Assembly (NCBI GenBank): GCA_001577025.1
Contig: LSCF01000001.1
Span: 7,609 to 71,608, forward strand
Length of the DNA: 64,000 nt
Direction: 5' to 3'
DNA from: Fidelibacterota bacterium TCS55
GTDB taxonomy: Bacteria > Fidelibacterota > Marinisomatia > Marinisomatales > TCS55
A program made the translations under genes and the position numbers. A model generated the notes under the pieces. It ran no database searches. It saw nothing but the letters and a program-made list of their open reading frames with translations, and was not told where the DNA came from. Positions 20,932 to 29,035 of this stretch are shown one piece after another; within the stretch, counting starts at the first letter, position 1; each line of letters begins with the position of its first letter.

Positions 20932-21357
20932 ATGAATATAATCATCCTCCATGGTCCCAATTTAAATTTGATTGGCTCTCTCTCTGCACAATTGGAAAAG
21001 CGAACCACCCTAGATAAAATCAACAGGGATATTCGCCGGAAAGTGCGCAATCAAGATATTCAATTAAAAATTGAACAAACCCACAAGGTATTTCAAGCCA
21101 TCAATTTTATTCAACGGAATCGGAATTGGGCAGATGCAATCATCTTTGCCCCAATGGCCTGGGCCCGATATGAATATGCTATAGGAGATGCACTAAAATT
21201 CGCCCATGTAAAAACGACCCAGGTATTATTTACGGAAGGGTTTGGCGACCTATCTGAATCAGATTCAATTTATTCATCCATTGTTGATACCACGTTAATG
21301 GGTGAACCTGATCAAGTCTATTTGGATGCATTAGATTCCATCATAAAAACAGCCTAA
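20932..21357 (+). CDS. Type II 3-dehydroquinate dehydratase (AroQ) homologue with substituted catalytic positions
   Basis: 141 aa. N-terminal IIILHGPNLNLIG matches the AroQ signature. Positions aligning by eye with the catalytic Tyr (LYG to LEK), NPGAxxHTS (here APMAWARYE) and the catalytic His (VHLSN to VLFTE) are all replaced. Confidence 0.6.
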   Translation: MNIIILHGPNLNLIGSLSAQLEKRTTLDKINRDIRRKVRNQDIQLKIEQTHKVFQAINFIQRNRNWADAIIFAPMAWARYEYAIGDALKFAHVKTTQVLFTEGFGDLSESDSIYSSIVDTTLMGEPDQVYLDALDSIIKTA

Positions 21358-21362
21358 TTGTC

Positions 21363-22418
21363 ATGTATAGGTTTTTAATTTTTGTGCTCTTTATATTATT
21401 TGGCTGCACCAAGCCGGTGCACAAATCGGTTAACCTTGAACTGACAATTCCAAAATTTACGTCAACTATTTCTATCTCCAACGATGGCCTAACTGCCACA
21501 ATTATTTCAGATAGGGGATTATCAGACTTAGACTCCCTTATGGGTTTGGCGCAGCAACCCTTATCTACTACTGACTTATTACAATTGGCTTCACCAGAAA
21601 TTCATGATTCTACCCTGAGTATTTTTTCAGAAATTGTATCGCCATCCTTGTCCGTGAACCAGCGTCAACGCACCTTCAAATCAATTCAAGAAACGGATGG
21701 GCGGTATTTGATCAATTTTGCACTGGATACCAATTTTGTATTCCCCATTATTCGAAATGCCGTCGCATCCCATGACCCGGGCCAACCCATTCATCATTTA
21801 TTTGATCTAGATGGCACAACCCCTCAATTTGCCACCATGGTTCCTTCATCACCCTTGCAACTTCCTTGTAAAAATCTGGATGTCCCAACTCGCGCATCAA
21901 GGTTGCCCAATGCACCCCGTGCATATCGATCAGGCATTCATCGGGGGATCGACTTTTTTTCCAATTGGGGAACGCCTGTACGTGCAGTGGCTGACGGTAT
22001 CATTATTCGTTCTGATTTAAACTATGAAGAGTATGGTGCGGATTTTCGTGTTGAAATGCTTAAACGGGCTGCCCAGTTAAAGCGAACCCCTTCCGATATA
22101 TTTAATGAGTTACTTTTGGGTCAAGCCGTTATCATTGATCATGGGTTTGATTTATTCCCTGGTTATAGGGCAATCACCATTTATGCCCATTTATCCCATA
22201 TTCATCCTGACTTAAAACCGGGATACGCCATTCAATCGGGGGAAGTGTTTGGGAAAACAGGAAATTCTGGTACAAAACCCAGCACCATAGGTACTCGGGC
22301 AGAATCCCACCTCCACTGGGAATTGATTTTACAAGATAGCCGTGGTGAATACTATTTTGGGCAAGATCTTCAATATGATGATCTTCAATCGGCATTGCGC
22401 CGACTATTCAGCAATTAG
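21363..22418 (+). CDS. M23-family (LytM-like) metallopeptidase, lipoprotein
   Basis: Lipobox ILFGC. HRGIDF...GTPVRAVADGII...GNSG...ESHLHWEL. Confidence 0.85.
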   Translation: MYRFLIFVLFILFGCTKPVHKSVNLELTIPKFTSTISISNDGLTATIISDRGLSDLDSLMGLAQQPLSTTDLLQLASPEIHDSTLSIFSEIVSPSLSVNQRQRTFKSIQETDGRYLINFALDTNFVFPIIRNAVASHDPGQPIHHLFDLDGTTPQFATMVPSSPLQLPCKNLDVPTRASRLPNAPRAYRSGIHRGIDFFSNWGTPVRAVADGIIIRSDLNYEEYGADFRVEMLKRAAQLKRTPSDIFNELLLGQAVIIDHGFDLFPGYRAITIYAHLSHIHPDLKPGYAIQSGEVFGKTGNSGTKPSTIGTRAESHLHWELILQDSRGEYYFGQDLQYDDLQSALRRLFSN

Positions 22419-24283
22419 GAACGGGCCCGTTTTAGGTTTGCAGTAATGGTTTTGTCATTCGGTAAAACAGAGGATGCCAATTCGTAACAAATAATGGCCC
22501 TAGGCCGATCTCCAGATAAATAGTAAACCGTACCGAAATAGTCTAGAATTAATCCCCATCGGCGACGGACCGATTCCTCATCATTCCCCATACCTTTTAA
22601 TGCATCCTTGATAAACTGCTGTACTTTAGGGTTTTGATATTGACTATAATGGAGGCCCGCCAATGCCAATGCTTTTATATCTACATCATCATATTGTGCA
22701 TAGGTCATCATTTTTTCAATAATATCCGAATCTAAATTTTCCATCCCCGGTGTTAAATATCGTTTAATGAAATAGGTCAAATTTGAAAATTGCCCCATGG
22801 GGTGATTTAATTCCGGCTGAAGTAATAGGGCGTTTGCTTCATCGCCAATGGTATTTTCATTCACTTTTAAACGGTTGGCTATGGCAGGGTGTAGGGGTTT
22901 CAAGGGACCGTACCATTCATCGACTTTCTGTTGAAGAAAATCTACGGTCCGATCCATATGGCACTGCTGACAGGCTGATTCAAATCCTTGAGATGCATCA
23001 TAAGCCGGGCGTGGAATAGCGATGGTATGGTCTGATCGTGTAAATTGAATATCATTCCCAATTGCAGGATGCTGTCTGAAGGGCATATGGCAGGAAATAC
23101 AAGCACTTCCCTCTGATTCCGCCTTATGGAACGTATGGGCCGATATATTGTCTAATTTCGCCATATGGCAGGATGTACACTGTTTATCATCAAATCGACT
23201 AGCCAACGCAACGCGATTAATATCCTGATAATCCTGACTATGAGGATTGTGACAGCTGTTACAGGTCATGGCGCCACTTAAGAAACAATCGCTGAACACG
23301 TGGTTTTGCTGATACCCAAATGTGTGTATCCGACCATCGATGCTATATGGGTTTTCATTGCCCATAAGTGCCATTTTTAATGAATAGAATGATTCCAATT
23401 TTTCACCGGGAAGATAGCCGGGTTTAATTGGCGTTTTAACCGCATGACACTGAAAACAGTTATTTAAACTTTCTTCCTTAGAAATACCAATCAGGCTGTT
23501 CATTTCTTGCTGACCATCTTTATGAAGTATATCCGTGACGATATTTGACATGGAACTGACATGTGTTTTTGCCGGGCCATGACAGGATTCACAATTCACC
23601 GCCAAAGACATAAATTGAATATCATATTGTCCGCCCACCTTTTGAACCACAATCTGACTGCCATGGCATTGCTGGCAGTTAGATACATCTTCTATTTCGC
23701 CCAAAACGCGATGGGGTGGCCAATTATATAGATTTTCTAATGTTATATTGCCATTAATCTTTACCCATTCTTCATTATCCGCTAATTGAGCAAACCAAGA
23801 TGATTCATTGCGACTGTAATCAAATGGCAAGAAACGATAGGATCCGTCAGAATATTTACCAAAAAAAGTTTGGGTACCTCCGCCAATCATAAATCCCCCA
23901 CCCACCACAGCTTCAACTAGAATCACCTGTTCAGTCTTCTGTTGATCCACGATCCGAAATTGATATATTCCATTTTTGATTTCTGGATATACCGTTCCAT
24001 CAGAAAATTGCATTGGCGTTCCATTAAATGGTGCAATGATGCGGTCTTTTGTTGGTGCGCCTCCTGCCTTGGCGTGGGTGGAACCAGCCCATTGTTCATA
24101 TATATCCGGATGGCAGGATTGACACGGTTTAGAACCAACAAAATCAGAAAATGAAACGGATGATTTTTGAGTGGTGAAGGGAGGTAGACTTAAGACAGTT
24201 GTGGATTGTTTCTTTTTATCGCACCCAATTATGATCAGGCAGAACCAAAGCGTTATAAACCGGAGGGGATATCGGTTATTCAT
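22415..24283 (-). CDS. Octaheme c-type cytochrome lipoprotein with a C-terminal helical (TPR-like) region
   Basis: 622 aa. Lipobox IIIGC. Eight CXXCH motifs (CQSCH, CQQCH, CESCH, CFQCH, CNSCH, CTSCH, CISCH, CQQCH). The last ~150 aa are helical-repeat-like. Confidence 0.85.
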   Translation of the reverse strand: MNNRYPLRFITLWFCLIIIGCDKKKQSTTVLSLPPFTTQKSSVSFSDFVGSKPCQSCHPDIYEQWAGSTHAKAGGAPTKDRIIAPFNGTPMQFSDGTVYPEIKNGIYQFRIVDQQKTEQVILVEAVVGGGFMIGGGTQTFFGKYSDGSYRFLPFDYSRNESSWFAQLADNEEWVKINGNITLENLYNWPPHRVLGEIEDVSNCQQCHGSQIVVQKVGGQYDIQFMSLAVNCESCHGPAKTHVSSMSNIVTDILHKDGQQEMNSLIGISKEESLNNCFQCHAVKTPIKPGYLPGEKLESFYSLKMALMGNENPYSIDGRIHTFGYQQNHVFSDCFLSGAMTCNSCHNPHSQDYQDINRVALASRFDDKQCTSCHMAKLDNISAHTFHKAESEGSACISCHMPFRQHPAIGNDIQFTRSDHTIAIPRPAYDASQGFESACQQCHMDRTVDFLQQKVDEWYGPLKPLHPAIANRLKVNENTIGDEANALLLQPELNHPMGQFSNLTYFIKRYLTPGMENLDSDIIEKMMTYAQYDDVDIKALALAGLHYSQYQNPKVQQFIKDALKGMGNDEESVRRRWGLILDYFGTVYYLSGDRPRAIICYELASSVLPNDKTITANLKRARS

Positions 24284-24312
24284 AGCGATAAGTTAATCAC
24301 GAATAGATAAAA

Positions 24313-24352
24313 AAAAGCCCCGTTCATATCAAATGAACAGGGCTTTTCTATT
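24313..24352. terminator. Hairpin terminator between the PorV-like gene and the cytochrome gene
   Basis: aaaagccccgttcat / atgaacagggctttt, a 15-bp stem with one mismatch and a 5-nt loop, flanked by A-run and T-run. Confidence 0.7.
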
Positions 24353-24368
24353 TTTACTTTTAATCTAC

Positions 24369-25467
24369 CTAGAAACCAACATTTAAGGTAAATACGGTAT
24401 TGCCGTCAAAGTATTTAGCTGGAATGTATGCATAATCGATTGATGCATTAATTCCCAATACTTTTTGCAGATACACAGTTCCACCAAATGAAACACCGCC
24501 AAAGATATTTTCAATCTCAGATTTGCTTTCATCTACGGTTGTGGTTTCTGGATTGTCTTCAAACTCAACTGTTTCCATATCGGTCAGGAATCCTGCACGG
24601 ACAGCCAATAAACCTGGAAGGGTATAAGAACCCATGAGTTTCAATTTATCCTGTTCAAAGTTGTTACTTTCATAGGAACCGCTCACATTGATCAACAGTG
24701 CCAATAGAGTAACTGGCACCCAATTCAAATAGCATTGGTACGTCAGCTTCTGCAGCTTGCACGTTGTAAAACTGAGTAAGACGATCACTATCTACAGCAA
24801 CAGCTTTCACCAATAATCCAGATCCGCTAAACCGCATGGGACGGCCGAAGTTGCGCACAGCAACACCGACGTCTAAACCGCTCACATTTAAGAAGTCGGC
24901 ATATTGTACACCGGCATCTACTGTGATGGCCGTTCCTTTAACCCGGCGGAATCCTTCTGTTGAAGTATTCACTGAAATCCCCATGCTTGTCTTTGCAGAC
25001 ATCATGCGGGAATAGGTTAATCCTGCGGTAAAGTTAGACGGACTGAACTTCTCGCCTGTTCCATCAGGTGAGAATACAGTTGTCACAGGAATTTCGCCCA
25101 CATCAATTGAACGAATGCTGATGCCGAATGCATTCTTACCCAATTTCAGGGCAGCGCCGGCAAACAACACTGACATATCAGCTATGTATGTTCTATTTGA
25201 AAAGGATGTTTCCAAGTTACTTCCCATACGTGCAACACCTGCTGGATTCCAGTAGGATGCACCAACACCTGATGCGCTGGCCACTGCACCGCCACCTGTG
25301 AGGTAGGCTGCGCCTTGTGGAATTAACAATGCACTTGCACCGGCAGTACCGTTCCGCATACCGGAGCCAGCTGTACCACCGCCGTAAAGTTCTGTACCCT
25401 GAGCCATCAAAGACCCAATTGATAAGGTCAATACGGAGGTAATTGCTATTATTTTTCTGTTTATCAT
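24369..25467 (-). pseudogene. PorV-like T9SS-associated outer-membrane beta-barrel, split into two overlapping ORFs (24670..25467 and 24369..24788)
   Basis: The upstream ORF has a signal peptide (SIGSLMAQ) and the YWNPAGVARMG motif. The downstream ORF, in the +1 frame, continues the barrel and ends with the OMP-type terminus FTLNVGF. Protein logic places the junction near 24690..24700. Confidence 0.6.
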
Positions 25468-25486
25468 AATTATGTCTCCTTATGAC

Positions 25487-26707
25487 CTAAAAGCGTTTCG
25501 CAAATTCGTCTTCAGTGACCATTGCAAACTTCAGCACTTTCGTACCGTGGGTACCCATATCAATATGAATGATATAGACACCGCTTGCCAATGGGAAATT
25601 GTTTGAATTTCTCATATCCCATTTTTGGTACTGAGTGGTTGTCGTTTTCTTGAAGTTTGCTACCATGGTACCTGCCATATTAAATACGCGGAACGTTACA
25701 TCTCCCGTTGTGGGTAGATGATTGAATGTCACATATTTAGGTAATGGTAAAACGGAGTCTGTCCCTTCCAGATCATGGTAGCCCATGTAAGGATTCGGGA
25801 ATACATTCACCATTTTCACATCATCCGCAATATTGGTTGATTCGACCTTAGGTGCTGTAATTGTGAATTCGTCATTGAGTTGGTTTGTTTTGTTAGTAAT
25901 AATTCTAACAATTGAGCCTTTTTCAAGGCCCGTATTTAATCCACCTTCACCAGACGTTGCATCAATCGTACCATCAGACACATCATCTAGATTCCAAACG
26001 AACCATATATTTCGGCCCATTAATTCAGAACCATAATTAGTTCCATAATAATCACCGCCATCAACGTAGTTACCATTTGCATCTGGGGCACCGCCACCAG
26101 CCGCAATGGAAGCAGCTAGCCATGCCTGGTATCCTGCCTCACCGGGAGACGTATCCTCCGGCAGACGTGGGTAGGTCCAGTCTGTATAAGGATCATTAGA
26201 TCCACCAGAACCAGGATGATCATTTGGGTGCAAGCCCCAAGATTCACTGCCATCATAGTCATAGAACCATGGGCAATATCTAAAATCTAATGTTTTATTC
26301 CAGATTTCAAATCCAACACGGACTAGCGAACCAGTCGTATAAGCAGCATAAGCGTAGTTATCATCATCCCAAGTCCAGCGATACTCAATATCATTTGGAA
26401 TGAGGTACCTCCATCCACTGCCTCTGATGATTCGCGCAATCATGGCACTATAAGAATTACCACCAGCGCCACCACCATGGAAGAACCAACCTTTACCGTC
26501 AGATTGATTGACCCGTCCGGTGTAAGCAGTTGGGAATCCACCCCAGTCTTGAGAACCTTGACAAGGCGCTTCTTCCGTACAGCTTCCGTCGCCATTTGCC
26601 ACTACCAAGAAATTCTTGAAGGCATTAGGTGGACCGGTAACTTTAAAGGTTAAACCATCAGCTGCAGGGTAGCCTGGATCGTTAAATGTACCCTTGTTTA
26701 TAACCAC
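25487..26707 (-). CDS. C-terminal part of a giant T9SS cargo protein (carries a T9SS-type C-terminal sorting domain; no signal peptide of its own)
   Basis: 406 aa. CTD-like VNVFPNPYMGY...VTFRVFNMAGTMVANF...LASGVYIIHIDMG...KVLKFAMV. The frame opens immediately after a TAA, with GTG at 26707, and overlaps the upstream ORF by 26 nt in the +1 frame. Confidence 0.6.
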   Translation of the reverse strand: MVINKGTFNDPGYPAADGLTFKVTGPPNAFKNFLVVANGDGSCTEEAPCQGSQDWGGFPTAYTGRVNQSDGKGWFFHGGGAGGNSYSAMIARIIRGSGWRYLIPNDIEYRWTWDDDNYAYAAYTTGSLVRVGFEIWNKTLDFRYCPWFYDYDGSESWGLHPNDHPGSGGSNDPYTDWTYPRLPEDTSPGEAGYQAWLAASIAAGGGAPDANGNYVDGGDYYGTNYGSELMGRNIWFVWNLDDVSDGTIDATSGEGGLNTGLEKGSIVRIITNKTNQLNDEFTITAPKVESTNIADDVKMVNVFPNPYMGYHDLEGTDSVLPLPKYVTFNHLPTTGDVTFRVFNMAGTMVANFKKTTTTQYQKWDMRNSNNFPLASGVYIIHIDMGTHGTKVLKFAMVTEDEFAKRF

Positions 26708-28997
26708 TTAATATTTTTGAACCTGATGTCACATCAGTCACATTCCAAAGTAAGCTACCTTTGGTCGGTGAACCTGTAACGGTATCTTCTTCAAATGTAA
26801 CTTTATAGTCATGACCAGTCATTACACCTGGATCAATGACTTCAACCCGCCCTTGACCATCAGATGTACCAGCACTATGGGCCATATCAAAGTAATCGCC
26901 TGAGTCAACAGTATAAGCTGTTCCCGGGTCGGCCACTTTTGGCGTCACCGTCACAACAGCCATAGATGATTCAAGAGATTTAAATGGTGATTCGGCATTA
27001 TCAGCTAAATATGAATATGCACTTACACCAAAGTAGTATGGCCTATCATTCGTGATTGGACGATTTCTAATTTTATCTTCATTAACAACCACAACACGGC
27101 TAATGCCATTATCACTACCCACATGGGCAGGTTTTTCAAGAATCAGACCCGTTGCTGGATCAACTTCTTTTTCCGTAATCACCAATACACCATTGGCAAC
27201 ATCGAACTGATTGATGAGCACACCATCAGAACCAGCCGCTAAAGCGTTGGGGAGTTGATAGACCTTATATCCTTCAAAAGCGAAACCTTTATTTACAGGT
27301 TCTTCTGTAGACTTATATGCAGAAGTCGCTGCCCAGTTAAGGGTAATATAGCCATCGCCTTCAAAGATACTTACTTCCGGTGCTTTTGGTGGTGTTGGTA
27401 GAGCGAAATTGTTATCGTATGCAAACTGTGCATAAATATCGTTGTATTTCAATACAGTGATGGAGGAAAGGTTGTCGCCCCCCATACCACCGATAAGACC
27501 TACAACCACATCCTGTGTATCACCAACGCTCATTTCAAATGGTCCGGTGTTCATTACAAGACGACGGTCACCTGGTGGTAAAATAATGCCATCGATCCAG
27601 CCTGTACCGGTCGGTGGGTCACCAGCTAATACGAATTTCTCAGCTAAACCGGTTAAAGGATCCACAAAGGGTAACTGTGTTGGATATTCAGGACGAGGTA
27701 AGAATCCTTCCATGAGGTTGAACCATTGTAGTGTTCCCACATACACACGAGTATTAGGATCACTTACAGAAGAACCAGCTGCGAAGTATACGAAACTGGT
27801 CATCCCTAAGGTGTCCAAGACGCCATCACCATCAACATCCACTTTAGGCCCTTCTAAGAAGTCATAACCTGCAGCAGGTACTGGACTACCATAAGAACTA
27901 AAGAACTGGTCATCAAAGGTATTACCATTATACACATACCCCAAACTCAATGTGGTATCAGAACCTACATAGTCATCGGTATATGTACCCAAGTCAGGAT
28001 CTGACCACTGGGTAAAATAAACAGTATCTAGCTTCGCATCTGCAGGGCCACCTGGTAGACCTACATAGTTGATACGTGCTCTTTTGAACATCATGCTAGA
28101 AAGGGGGTTAGAAAATGGGAAGTCATATCCCCAAAGGGTGATCTGAATTTCAAACCCAATTGGAGGAGAACCCCAACCGCCTTCAGATACACTGACAGGC
28201 GCACCGCCAGTAAATTCATCCGGAAGGTCGTTTGCTACGGTCCAAACAGTTTGGTCTGCGCCAGGGATACCTGGAATATCGCCAACCCATTCTTTGTTTT
28301 CTTCATCCCATGTGGCTGCGGTATATGTACCATCACCATCAACATCATCAAAGGGTGCACCTTCATCTGCGGGCCAGTGTTCCCAATCATGTTGATACTG
28401 ATCTTTACCCGCTTGAATTTGGGCTTCTGTCAGGCTTGTTGGATCTGCATCTTTCAAAATGGCAATATCGCCGCGAAGGTCTGCAGTGTTCCAGTTTTTT
28501 CTCACACGCCAGATTTGTTGTTCCCGATAGTTTTCAGAATACCCGGAGTCTTTTATTTTTCCGTTGGCATCCCGAAGCACTTTACCGGCTTTAAGACCGG
28601 TATTGTACATGGATCCATTTACACGAACCCGTGGTGTACCAGCGCCGGTACCGTCTGTTTTAATGGTACCGTCTGCATTTACACCGTATTTATCGGTTAC
28701 TTTAGCGCCCCAGAGAATACCTTCAGCAAAAATGACACTCCCCATCCCTTTAGGATAGTTACCGGCAGAGCCGTGAGAGGTACCATTCCAGGCAAAGAAA
28801 CCCTGGTTTTCCATGTGAATCTTCCAACTGTTAATGTTGAAAAATGTATCGCCCGGGCCATTGTCGTCCATTTTCAATAAACGACTGGTCGCTGTTTGAC
28901 CTGCGTGCTTATCACCTCTTGGTGGTTCTGCAGACAAGACTGAAACCAACACAAGGGCACCGGTAACTGCCCAGGTTAATGATTTTTTGAAGTTCAT
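26682..28997 (-). CDS. N-terminal part of a giant secreted protein (signal peptide, DxDGDG calcium-binding-like motifs; no CTD of its own)
   Basis: I chose the start at the Met of MNFKKSLTWAVTGALVLVSVLSA, which has GGAGA upstream. Motifs DVDGDGTYT and VDVDGDGVLD. I recognise no catalytic motif. Confidence 0.7.
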   Translation of the reverse strand: MNFKKSLTWAVTGALVLVSVLSAEPPRGDKHAGQTATSRLLKMDDNGPGDTFFNINSWKIHMENQGFFAWNGTSHGSAGNYPKGMGSVIFAEGILWGAKVTDKYGVNADGTIKTDGTGAGTPRVRVNGSMYNTGLKAGKVLRDANGKIKDSGYSENYREQQIWRVRKNWNTADLRGDIAILKDADPTSLTEAQIQAGKDQYQHDWEHWPADEGAPFDDVDGDGTYTAATWDEENKEWVGDIPGIPGADQTVWTVANDLPDEFTGGAPVSVSEGGWGSPPIGFEIQITLWGYDFPFSNPLSSMMFKRARINYVGLPGGPADAKLDTVYFTQWSDPDLGTYTDDYVGSDTTLSLGYVYNGNTFDDQFFSSYGSPVPAAGYDFLEGPKVDVDGDGVLDTLGMTSFVYFAAGSSVSDPNTRVYVGTLQWFNLMEGFLPRPEYPTQLPFVDPLTGLAEKFVLAGDPPTGTGWIDGIILPPGDRRLVMNTGPFEMSVGDTQDVVVGLIGGMGGDNLSSITVLKYNDIYAQFAYDNNFALPTPPKAPEVSIFEGDGYITLNWAATSAYKSTEEPVNKGFAFEGYKVYQLPNALAAGSDGVLINQFDVANGVLVITEKEVDPATGLILEKPAHVGSDNGISRVVVVNEDKIRNRPITNDRPYYFGVSAYSYLADNAESPFKSLESSMAVVTVTPKVADPGTAYTVDSGDYFDMAHSAGTSDGQGRVEVIDPGVMTGHDYKVTFEEDTVTGSPTKGSLLWNVTDVTSGSKILSGYKQGYI

Positions 28998-29035
28998 AAA
29001 AGTCTCCACTGTTTTAAGTAGGTTCATCAGTCATC

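Noticed and set aside
22415-22418. Convergent gene pairs whose 3' ends overlap with no terminator: 9269..9272, 22415..22418 and 52826..52836.
   Set aside because: These are real in the sequence but common in compact genomes. Nothing suggests more than tight packing.
24670-24700. A programmed frameshift for the PorV-like gene, by analogy with the cargo gene.
   Set aside because: No slippery or SD-stop context exists at the frame-1 stop (CUA UGA A) or at the likely junction (auuggcacuguug). An indel or pseudogenisation is the simpler explanation.
27442-28880. Long plus-strand ORFs (141, 120, 209 and 64 aa) antisense to the giant cargo gene. Similar antisense ORFs occur at 20565..21050, 32943..33443, 55474..55911, 58262..58663, 19828..20151 and 18255..18680.
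   Set aside because: They lie entirely within strongly supported genes on the other strand and have low-complexity, Cys/Pro/Ser-rich or motif-free translations. I treat them as shadow ORFs.
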